Assembly (NCBI RefSeq): GCF_009834535.1
Contig: NC_045697.1
Coordinates: 14,820,001 to 14,884,000, forward strand
Direction: 5' to 3'
From: Camelus ferus
Lineage: Eukaryota
DNA length: 64,000 nt
This document shows positions 1 to 10,667 of the stretch, in pieces. Every line of letters begins with the position of its first letter. Within the stretch, counting starts at the first letter, position 1. The position numbers were made by a program, and so were the translations under genes. The notes under the pieces were generated by a model, which had not been told where the DNA came from, made no database searches, and saw only the letters and a program-made list of their open reading frames with translations.

Positions 1-344
1 CAGAACAAACAAATAAAAAACTTTGTATCCAAGAAAAGAGAGATTTTTCTTCTCCTTTGAAATTAACCTGATATTCATCACAACATGATTTAACCTAAGT
101 TCTAATGGGCCAGCCTTTAAACCTACCAGATCCATAACACAGTTCTTATGAGAAAATGAATTCCAAAATTGTACCAACAACTAGAATGTTGAACATAACT
201 CATTTGTAAGCTGGGATGAAGGCTGGAACATAGTGGCTGTTAAATTTGGAAAAACACAGAGTTACAAACTTTTTAATGGTCCTAGCCTTTAAATTTTAAG
301 GATGCTTTTGCTTTATTGTTTACTCAAATCACATTCTTTTAGTA

Positions 345-493
345 CAGTATTTCTCAAACTTTACTGTGTATATAAATCACCTGGGGATCTTGTTAAAACA
401 CATTTTGTGATGAGACTCAGGGTTCTGCATTGTTCTAAAAAGCTCCCAGGTGATATTAATCCTGCTGGAACTAAGACCATACTTTGAGGAGCA
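345..493. mobile_element. MER5A-like non-autonomous hAT-Charlie DNA transposon
   Basis: Starts CAGTATTTCTCAAACTT; contains AATCACCTGGGGATCTTGTTAAAA and AAGCTCCCAGGTGAT; ends ACTTTGAGGAGCA. These are typical MER5A/MER5A1 motifs. Confidence 0.8.
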
Positions 494-699
494 AAACTTT
501 ACGCCACACAATTTAAGCAAGCAACTGTAGATTTTCTGTGATGCAAAAGATGACTTAACACTGCACCTCCTGGCTTCAGGTTTTAGCTACAATCAAATGT
601 CACCAAATCAAGATGACATTTAATAGTAAAATTCATACATCTAGGCATAAAATTAAGTATTGTTTTACTTATTTTTAAATTTAAGTTCCAAGAGATAAG

Positions 700-788
700 T
701 ACAGTGGCTAAGAACATATGTCTGAGGTTAGACACACATGGGTTACAGTCTAGTCTTGTAATCTTCTAGCTGTGTGACCTGTGGTGAG
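700..788 (+). mobile_element. MIR SINE, 5' part (interrupted by an LTR; continues ~1309-1440)
   Basis: ACAGTGGCTAAGAACA...CTAGCTGTGTGACCT matches the MIR head/core. Confidence 0.65.
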
Positions 789-1303
789 TGAGTCAGACAG
801 AGCCCGATAAAGAAAAAAAAAACACTTTAGGTATTTTAAACCAAAAAGATTTAATATAAGGAATACTACATATGTTAATTAATAATACTAAGTAGCAATT
901 AATATTACTAATGTTAGAAGCCAAACAGTGAGCAACGGGGCTAGGGAGAGGACAGCCACAGCCAGATGGAGGAAAACACAATCCTCCCCATGGCCAGAGG
1001 ATCAAAAGGAGGAGGTGATGTTATAGGAGCCTGGTGGCAGCTGGCATCCCAGGGGATAGGATTATCCAGAGGGAGCTGGAGCCACAGAGGAGATGCTACT
1101 GCCAGAGACACTGCTGAGGCAAGAGATGGGAGATACCCTGGCTCCTCCCTCCCACCCTCCAGTCCCCTCCAGGATATTCCACAAGGTTGAACCTAGCCAC
1201 AAGGCTGCCAGCAAAACAATCTGAAATGTAGTTCCTTATGATGTAGATCTGAGCAAGGGAAGAGCAGGAAATGGACCTGAGAACAAACTAGCCAAGGACC
1301 ACA
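789..1303 (-). mobile_element. ERVL-class solo LTR, LTR41/LTR33-like
   Basis: TG..CA termini. Minus strand reads CTCAGGTCCATTTCCTGC, GGAGCCAGGGTATCTCCC, ATCTCCTCTGTGGCTCCAGCTCCC and AAATACCTAAAGTG near the 3' end. Confidence 0.65.
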
Positions 1304-1308
1304 GCAGG

Positions 1309-1440
1309 TTACTGATAATCTTACTGCATCTAATGCTCAAACACACGTCGGTAAAACATGGGTGTTGTGTTATTTAAATGAGATACATTACATACAAAGC
1401 CCTTAGTAGAAGCTTGGTACTTAATTTTTTACCATCAACA
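1309..1440 (+). mobile_element. MIR SINE, 3' part
   Basis: GTAAAACATGGG...ATTTAAATGAGATA...AAAGCCCTTAG...CTTGGTAC matches the MIR 3' half. Confidence 0.55.
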
Positions 1441-2819
1441 TCATCATCTTTTTTGTGGTCTGATGACAATTTCTCTTCATCCCTTTCTCTCCTAACACTC
1501 ATTTCCCCATTGGTATGTGGAGTCATAGAGAGATTAGAAACAGAATATTATCAATGTCCTAATATATCAAAATTATGCTATGATAAATTGTATTAAGTGC
1601 AGAAACATCAGTTTGTTTCATTCACATGATAGAATCAGAAAAGCTTTAAAGTCTTCTACCAGGCATACTGTAAGGACCCCAAACTTCTCAATGAAGTGGA
1701 CTCAAGAGCAGCATTAGAACCTGCAGGCCTTTTGAGGACTGTGCTTGAGACACGGGGCATGGGTCTGAAAAAGATATGAAGGGTTTAGAGGAGAAGGAAG
1801 GAGAAGGAGATGAAAGAGGAAAGGTATTCTCATCCACCCAGGAAGGTCGACTGTGAGGGACAGAGGGGTTACCCAGTGGAACCCAGAAACACACATGACC
1901 TTATCTGGATTTCAGGAGCATCGATGTTGACTGGTAATTAGGTTGCTGCGTCTCTTGACTAGGGCCATCCCTGCCTGCCTTTCCAGGTGCTGTGGCCCTA
2001 ACCGAGAATTTACATTACTATCAAGGCCCTAACAATCCTCAGTGATGAAAAGAACAGCTTTCCTCAGTAGACCCGTTCCCCAAGTTAAGTTATCAAAAGC
2101 TTACAAAACAGACACCGATGTCTCTGCTAGGTTATACCGCACAGAAACCAGAGTTCTAGCGAACCGCTCCTCTGTGGAAGTAAAACGTAACCAGCCCCAT
2201 TTATATTCTAGCCTGTGTTCTTACCGCACAGAAAATGCAGCATTCTATCTTGTGGTTCCATTCTGGTTCATCTTGTTTGGGAGTCGGATAGCAAAGCCCA
2301 TACCTAACATAACAGTCTCTCCCTGCAAATGACCGACACTGCCTTAGCCAATTCATTCCAACCTTGAACCAATTCACCTGAAGACAGATCTGTCTGAACA
2401 GCAAAGACTATATGGAGAAGCACATTAAGGGATTTGTAAACAAGGAGCCAGAATATATCACTCTGAGATACTTCAATGCTGCTTTGTAATATTTTATTTA
2501 TTCATTCCACATTTATTGAGTTACAAAATAATACAAAGCAACAATCTAAAGACTTTACCATCTGGCATATGCTGGGAGCCAAAAGAACTGGTGCAGAAAA
2601 TGAATCCTGTGAGTTCTGGGGAAGGAGGGTTAGCTGTGGATTGGAGCATTTGAGATGTCTGCATGGCAGAACAGGGATAAAGCTGGGTTCTGATAGGCTG
2701 GTGGGAGCTGGCCAGGCGGAATGAGTGGGCAGGGTGCTCCCTGCTGGGAGAATGGCTTCCACCAAGGCACTGTGGTGGGAATGGAGGAGTTGGCTGAGCC
2801 TCTGGACAGTAAGTACAAG

Positions 2820-3038
2820 ACAGTGTTCAGGAGGCTGAATTCCACAGCCAGTCTGGCCAAGTCAGAGCCTTGGCCACTTGGTAATTTAATAATAACATTG
2901 GCCAAGTCACTTAACCTGTTTCCTTAAGTGCAAAATAGGAATAATACTAGTATCTGACTCATGGGGTTATTGCAAGTCTCAAAGAAACAGATAAACTAAT
3001 ACATTATAAACACTCAGTCAATATTTGCTATTATTATT
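2820..3038 (+). mobile_element. MIR SINE
   Basis: GGCCAAGTCACTTAACCTG, AAAATAGGAATAATACTAGTATCT, TCAATATTTGCTATTATTATT. Confidence 0.7.
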
Positions 3039-4674
3039 TTATCAGTGAAGAACAAATGCACTTATTCCTCCTGTATATATTGAATGTCTGCTATATGGAA
3101 TGCAGAAGAGTACATGGAGTCAGTTTACAAAATGCTTTCATGGTAGGCCAAGGTCCAGACATGCTCTGGCCGAAATAGGGGAGTTGTTGGAGGCACTGCT
3201 GTCAGGCAGGGGCACAACAAGGGCTGTTTTTAAGGATTAAACTAGTGGTATAGTACATGCAACGTGTCATCTAGCAACTTGTTTTATAAACCTTTAATGA
3301 GGCAGTAGTTAACGTGCAATGAGGATTCCCCTGGCACCAGAAAATACACTTAGACCCCAGTAAGAAATCTGGGGGTCCTTACAAGGAACAGAGACTCTCA
3401 TCAATGACTGACAGCACCTTGTGACATGTATGGACTGCTAACATGGCCAGCCACCAGTCTCTGAGGACTTCTGGGTTCCTAAGGGTGGAGGGTGAAGGGA
3501 CAGTTTACCCACAGCTCTCCCATGACTCACATGGTGTGGATGACAGATTGCAATAACAAGTAGCTGATGTCACAGGAAATGTTTCTATCAGCTCTCCAGG
3601 GTCATAAAGTATGGGGGAAGCAAGCACGAGGGATGGAGTTCTCAGGGACATTAACTTTGATCTAAGGAGCTAGAACAGCATTCTCAACCTTATGTTTCTG
3701 TGCTGATTTACATAATGAAAGAGTTCCTAGCCTAGGAAACACTCCCGTGGGTGCACCAAGGTTACGTGCAATCCCCAGCCAGCTGCCTATACTTCCACCT
3801 CCTTCTTCTCTCAACAGTGTGTATCAAAATAAAAGAGTGTTGTAATTAGAGGAGTAACCACTCTAATTTATTCAATAAAGTAAACTATTCATCAATGTTG
3901 GCACTTAATCATTACTAAACAATTATTGGGGAAACCTCAGAAAACTGATATGGATACACCAGGTTATCACTAACATTTTAGTTAAGAATTATACATCAAA
4001 GGCTACTTGAGTCATCTATCATTTCTTCTCACTTATCTACATGCCATTCCTTCCACAGAAATCCTTTCCCTATGCTCCCAGCCAGTAGTTTACTGGGTAA
4101 AAGTGTAAGTAATAGAACAGACTTTTAAACTCTGCCCTGTTTGGACGCTGCAAGTATAAATCGTGAACAGAATTTAAGGTGCCAGGGAAATTCAGAGTTG
4201 TGGAATGATTATCAGAACCAGCATAGATGAGAAACTCTGCCCACTGGTGGAAGAGGGGCAGCCCTCCTGGAACAACAGGACAGCCTTAGTCAGTTACTTT
4301 CCCTGGATGCAGGGATTAAAGTGCCTTCCTCTTTGAGATGAGGATTTCTAAACCCTCCAGCTCAGGCAAAACCATCTCATTACACTGAGTGAATGCTCGG
4401 CCCTAAATGTGTGTAACAGGGGAGAAGTGAATTCACACTTTCTCTGTCAGTTTCAGTTTCCACATGCCTTTTAGAGTGAGAGCATATTGCCATACTGCAT
4501 ACAAGTCTAGTGTTTAAAATATGCATTTTCATACAACATGACCCTAATGAAGAAACAGTGACATATTATAATGGAAGAGCACCTGGCCGTCGAGGAGTTA
4601 ATGAGAAACAGCACATCTATGCTATGCTTTATGGGTGGTTCGAAAGGATTTTCAAAGATTATTTTGACTGTGGG

Positions 4675-4787
4675 TGAAATAACCATACAATTTGTCACAC
4701 AAATTGGAAAGCTTTTGAGTAAAACAGAAAACTAATGATAATTACACTGAGACAACTGTCCTGACAAATCAGAATGTCATGTCACCT
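4675..4787. mobile_element. MER94-like hAT-Blackjack DNA transposon
   Basis: TAACCATACAATTT...CTTTTGAG...ATAATTACACTGAGACAACTGTCC...GTCACCTT resembles the MER94 consensus. Confidence 0.55.
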
Positions 4788-5190
4788 TGCTATGGCTGAA
4801 TTTTGTCCCCCCTCAAATCCCTATGTTGAAGTCCTAACCCCCAGTAACTCAGAATGTGACTGCATTTGGAAGCAGGGCCTTTACAGAGGTAATTTTACCT
4901 TCATTAAATGAGGTCACACGGTGAGCCCTAATCCAGTACGACTGATGACCTTGTAAGAAAAGGAGATTAGGACGCAGACAAGTGCAGGCACAGAGGAAAG
5001 ACCGTGTGAGGACACAGCAAGAAGACGGTCGTCTGCAAGCCAAGGAGAGAGGCCTCAGAGGAAACTACATTTGCTCACACCTGACATTCTGACCCCGAAC
5101 TTTTCTAGCCTCCAGAACTGTGACATAATAAAGTGGTTAAGCCACCCAGTCTGTGGTATTTTCGTATGTCAGCCCTACTAACTAGTATAC
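4788..5190 (+). mobile_element. MaLR solo LTR, MLT1B-like
   Basis: Starts TGCTATGGCTGAATTTTGTCCCCC; contains CTCAGAATGTGACTG, GCAAGCCAAGGAGAGAGGCCTCAG, AATAAA and AAGCCACCCAGTCTGTGGTATTT. Confidence 0.85.
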
Positions 5191-6182
5191 TAACTAGAAT
5201 GATTTTCATCTAAATATCAGCCTTGAATCTAATCCCCTCGTAATACATGTCTCTGAGTAAAAGTAGTCGGTCATGAGGCTGCTTGGTTGACGAGTTGGTA
5301 GATTGTTTGCAGCTTTGCCCTACCTGCCTACCACCGTGCAACGTCCCTCCCGCTTTGTTCAATTGCCCAACAACAGCTAACAGGATGGTCCTGAAACAAA
5401 ATTAAGATCAGGTCAGTTCCTGTCTCTGACCCGTTTGTTAAGCACATGCTCAGTTGTGCTTTATCAGATAAATCCCCTGAATCTCACATGATTTGTAAGT
5501 ACCACTGAGTAATACTAACCCAAAGGACTCAGAGAGTTACTATACATCAAACATGATCAAAACAGTGATACGCAAACTGCAAAGTGGTCTATGTTGTTAG
5601 ATATTATTATTTTCTTAAAAGGAGGCTTCCTATACGGAAGGCATTCAAGTAATTGCGTATCTGAATAAAGTGCAGGAGCAAAAGTAATACCAGACATGAC
5701 ATCCACTAGGATCATCAAGAAAAGTAACTCCTGCCTTCACATATCCATTCATTCACTCTCAACTTCATTTTTAGTGCTATGAAGTACGTCTACAGACATA
5801 TGCAAAACCTTTACATCACCGACAGCTCTTTGACCCAATGATTTCTCTTAAAATGCTTCTCTTTAAAATCTACCAGGTATTGACTTCGGTTTTTCAATAT
5901 GATTAATATCTTTAATTTTAATATGATTCAAATGAAACTCAGTGTAGCAAATGTTTTGTTCTTTTCACATCCACAGCAATTCCTACCATCTTCAAGGTGA
6001 GCCTGATCTTGTTTTGCAGTGTTTCCAGTCTACTCATCACTTGACAGGGAAATCATTCCAGCTAAAATCAAGAGCAGGCACTTAACAGCAGTTCTCTATT
6101 TGCAGATAATATTCATGTAGGTGGTATGCAAGATCTCTGAAATAGTCTAACCATTGAAGCCATAATTTTCTGGCTGTATTTT

Positions 6183-6619
6183 TATAGGGTGTGTTGCAGT
6201 CCTAACTTCTAGTACCTCAGAATGCGACCCTATTTGAAGATAGGAACTTTACAGAAGTCATCAAGTTAGAACGAGGTTATTAGGGTGAGCTTTAATCTAT
6301 TACAACTGGTGTCCTCATAAAAAGATGAAATCTGGACACAGAGACACGCACACAGGGAGTGCTGTCTATGGGAAGATGAAAGCAGAAATTGAGGTCATGC
6401 TCTATAAGCCAAGAAATGTCAAAGATGGCCAGCAAACCCCCAGAAGCTAGGGGAGAGGCATGGGAGATTCTCGCTCACAGCCCTCTGAAGGAGCCAATTC
6501 CTGCTGGCACCTGGATCTCAGACTGTCAGCCTTCAAAACTGTGAGACAACGCACTTTTGTTGTCTGAGGCCCCTAGTGTGTGTGGTGCTTTGCTATAGCA
6601 GCCCTAACAAACTAACGCA
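6183..6619 (+). mobile_element. MaLR LTR, MLT1C-like
   Basis: TACCTCAGAATGCGACCCTATTTG, GCCAGCAAACCCCCAGAAGCTAGGGGAGAGGCATGG; ends GCAGCCCTAACAAACTAACGCA. Confidence 0.85.
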
Positions 6620-8449
6620 AAAGTTTTTCCTTTAGGGGCAAGTTTGAAAATCATTATTTTTTTAATTCTATTTTTTTAAGGATGAGCACGTGACATTCTT
6701 CTTAATCACTACAGATACAATGATCCAACTGAAGGTCAAAGAGGCCAGAAGAGTTTATAAATTTCACAGGATAAGTATTACTCCGCAAACACTGCGCTCT
6801 GGCTCTCTCTCTGGATATTAAAAGTGAATCAGGAAAGCATATAAAATACCACTGTAAACATTCAATATCATGTAAAGATCTTGAGATCCTTCCTTGAAGG
6901 AGATTAGCCTATGAAACACCTGCGGTGACTGTTCCTGGTGGTATAAGTCTCTTCTGTTGACTTTTAACAACTTCACCAGCTCATCACACAGTTATAACTA
7001 CACTATGAAACAGAGTTCTTTGCAATCAGATTGGCCCTGGGGTTCAAACATTTCCTGGAGGGTCCCATGAAGAAAATTAGATGAATGAATTAATCACTTC
7101 TTTTCCACATTTATTGTAATTTATGTTGGATGAAGTGATAAAATTTGGAAAGCTGGTCATTCTACTAGAGCCATCAACACTGAGTTACCAAGAAAATAGA
7201 GAAAATGAGATTTAAATCTGAAAAGGAGATTCCGATTTAATTCATAACCTAATTTATGCAGGAACAAGAATTTGCAAATAGTTTGCATTATAGATCCATT
7301 CACTTACTTAGTCATACTTCCATTTACTCAAAAATATTTATTGAGCCCTAACATGGGTAACCTCTGTCTCAAATTTTTTAAATTATTTTTTCAGAATTTA
7401 GAATTAAAACATAGCTAAACTTTACTGATTGGTGGATGATATGACCTTACACTTATTCCAGTTCAGTAGAAAACATATGAGCAAGAAAAATGATTTGATA
7501 AACAAGCCTTTACATCCTATTTGTGAGTATATTTGAAAATTAGAACAATCTCATAATATTTTATGTCTCACTTAGTTCCAGAGAAGAATATAAAGAGGCT
7601 CGCTTATATATCCAAGTAAAAGTCATTCAGAGGTTTAAAAGGGAATATTGATTTTGGTTTTCGGTTTCTTGAGGACTTCATTTTGAAGAACTGACAAGCT
7701 GTGAAGAAAACTTTACGTTTAAATTGGCATTTTTGTTGTTTTCTGTGTTTTGTTTTCCTGGAAATACTCTTAGCCAGTGCGGCATTATCTTTCAAAAGTA
7801 CGAGCATACAATCTAAATTAATGGATTTCTTTAAACTAACAATGAACCCTCTCCTTCTATTGTATTGTTTTTTATAACAGCCTTTAATGGGAAGAAGACA
7901 TTGTGTTTCTAAAAACCCCTCACAGTAAACCCCCATTTCTTTTATATGTTAAAAAATATTCAAAACAATATTGTTAATCACATAAATGTAGGTGAAGCAG
8001 TCTAAAAATAAATCAGAATGTTTGGACTGAAATTATGAGTCTCTGCCAATAAGATCAGGTTTAGACAAAAAAGCAATTATCCTCAAATTCTCTCAAGTCA
8101 GGGGCCAAGTATCAATGTGCCCCAAGAACCATTCTCAAGTTTCAAGCCCGTAAGTCTTTTTGATTTTGCTTTAAATCACTATCCACTGCTGGACCCCAAC
8201 AGCCCAGAGGTGGAGACGGGCTTAGAGATGCGTTTTCTTGGCCCGCACACCCTCCTCCTCCCCCTGCCCCCCTCCCCCTTCCATTTCCACTGCTGCTGTT
8301 CCTGCTGCTGCTTCTCCTTCTCTGTCAGCATCATTATTTTATTTGCCTGCTTCAGGCAGAAATACACTCTGCAGTTTCCATTCCCTGAATTACTTATCCC
8401 ATCTCACACCTGGATACTTTGCACAGTTAGAAGGGAAAAGCTTACGCTG

Positions 8450-8670
8450 AAGACAAAGACTCTTGGGTCAGATGCCTTAGTTTGCAGCCTTGCTCTACCA
8501 CCTGTTGGCTGTTTCACTCACTTTTCATTGCTTCAGTTTCTCCACGTATAAAATTAGTGTGATGGCCCTGGCTTCCATTTCATGTAGTGAGGACTAAGTG
8601 CATACTGCTTAAAAATGCCTCAAACATTATCTAGCACATAAAGATGCTCAAGAAATGTTAGCCATTACTG
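8450..8670 (+). mobile_element. MIR SINE
   Basis: CTTCAGTTTTCTCC core; GTGAGGACTAAGTG; GCACATAAAGATGCTCAAGAAATGTTAGCCATTA tail. Confidence 0.7.
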
Positions 8671-9637
8671 TTGTCCACTCCCTGGAATTTGCATTTACAA
8701 CCCTTCCTACAGTGGACTTTACCTAGAGAGGACATTATCTAGGACAGCTAGTACTCAAAAATGTTAACTGTTTTTATGGTCTGGCTTCCAAAAGGATCTA
8801 AGTTGTAACTGCTGCTCAAGTTTACTTTGTCTAGAGAACTTAAGCGAGCTATGATCTCAAACCCTGAGGTCTCTCAGATTATGTTACTCTACTTTTCTTT
8901 CCTTTGGTTCCATTTGCAAAAACTGAGCCATGTTTTAAAAATCACAAAAGGATTAAAGAATGAACTACATGAAAACTGAGTGTGATAATCATACAAAAGT
9001 TATAAACAAACATACTTAATAATATGGATACAAATTCTGTGTCACACTTGTTCGTAACCATATGTAATTCATATTTATAACCAGAAATCATATTATTTTA
9101 TACTTTCTTCCCAGAAGGAGGGGAGGTTTTAGTCCCAAACTCTCTTTCTTCACAATTCTCCTCCCTCTCCCTCCTATTTTCCCCCTTCCCAGGGAATAAC
9201 CTCACACAGCAAAGTCCAAGAAGGACGCTTGCATAATAATTCATGAATTAGATAATTGTTGGGGTAAAGAAGGCAGTACATACGGGAGAGTGGAGAGGAG
9301 AAGGGGCCAAGGCTGGAGTATGAGGTGATAACCTGCATGATTCAGAAGAAACAGACTATAGGTTCAACTGCTGGTTTGTCTACAGAAGGAAATAAAACGT
9401 TATTAATTCAACCTGAGATATTGTAAACCCCAGTTTATACACAACTTTGGAATGGAGTGACATCAGCTGTCAGGAAACTATGCAGACAAGGTACCACACA
9501 ATCAGAGAGGGTGCCACAGAATAGCCAAGGGGCTGGCTCCAGATGCCGATGGACCTCACAGGAGACAGAGCGATGAACCTCCTCTCCTGACCTAGAACTT
9601 GCAGTTGTGGCAATTGTTGCTGATGAGAATTGAAGAC

Positions 9638-9662
9638 AAAAAAAAAAAAAAAAAAAAAAAAA
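9638..9662 (+). repeat. Poly(A) tract, A25
   Basis: Direct count of the A run. Confidence 0.95.
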
Positions 9663-9699
9663 GCCACTAAAACTTACTGATTTTGTAAAATTAGTGGCA

Positions 9700-9880
9700 T
9701 TAGAAGAAGCACGGGCTTTGGAGCCTAATCACACTATTTGATTCCAGATCTGACAGTTCCTAGCTAGGTGATCTAGGGTAGACTGCTTCATAGCTCAGCT
9801 TTAGTTTTGTTATGTGGAAAATGAAATTACTAATACTTACTTCTTGAGGTTGAAATAAAGATAAGGGTAAACATTCCCAG
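9700..9880 (+). mobile_element. MIR SINE
   Basis: AGCACGGGCTTTGGAGCC head; CTAGCTAGGTGATCTAGGGTA; TAATACTTACTTC. Confidence 0.6.
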
Positions 9881-10049
9881 CCCAAAGTAAGGCACAGTCC
9901 ATTCTCCTCCTCATCTACAGCCGCCACCTGCTCCTCTGCAAGTGCTCGCAATGCCACAGGACAACCAGATCCCTGGGTGGAAGCAATGCAGATGTCCAGC
10001 GCATGTGAACAGGAGGAAATGACCTCATGAATTGTTTAACTGACGGGTG

Positions 10050-10638
10050 TGAAGGTTAGCAAAATATGCTACCCTGAGATATGCTGCTTTGGCATAAAGA
10101 TTATCTTGAGCTGAAGGCAGACAATTGAGAAGAAGCAGATACAAGACAAGCTTTCTGCCCTTTTCCAATGTGCCAAAACGTAGGACCTAAGTTAGCAAAG
10201 ATGTCATAGCTTCCCCTCTCTACGTGGGAAAGGACAGAAGTTAATCACTGGAGACCACTCAAGATTTTTATCATCCCAGGCACTAACCAGAGGAATCTAC
10301 CTAACAAACCTTGCTAAAACTATCCCTTATCTACCATTAATTGCCATATATATTTGCCTTCTGACAACGTGCCACCCCAGGGATTCAGAGCTCTTCTTCT
10401 TTGTCTTGTCATTTCTCTACAAAATTACTGTTCTTTTGTTAAGATGCTGTGTGAGTCCAAGTTCTAACCACCGTTTTGTGTTACTCATCTCTGAGTATCC
10501 CCATGTGTAAGCACAATGCAAATGTTAATAAATTTGTTTGTTTTTCTCTTGTTAATCTTTTTGTCAGTTTAATTTACAGAGCCCCAGTTAACCAGTTAAT
10601 GAATCTAAGATGGATAGAGAAGGAAAAAAAAATCTACA
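10050..10638 (+). mobile_element. ERV1-class solo LTR, MER34-like, with 4-bp TSD
   Basis: Starts TGAAGG and ends CTACA. GGTG lies on both sides (10046-10049 and 10639-10642). Contains AATATGCTACCCTGAGATATGCTGCTTTGGCATAAAGATTATCTTGAGCTGAAGGCA; AATAAA at 10527-10532. Confidence 0.85.
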
Positions 10639-10667
10639 GGTGAAACTGAAGTTAAAAACAGTGGACT

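Noticed and set aside
4534..4677. Protein-looking + strand frame (QHDPNEETVTYYNGRAPGRR...)
   Set aside because: Short, with no flanking splice sites and no recognisable homology.
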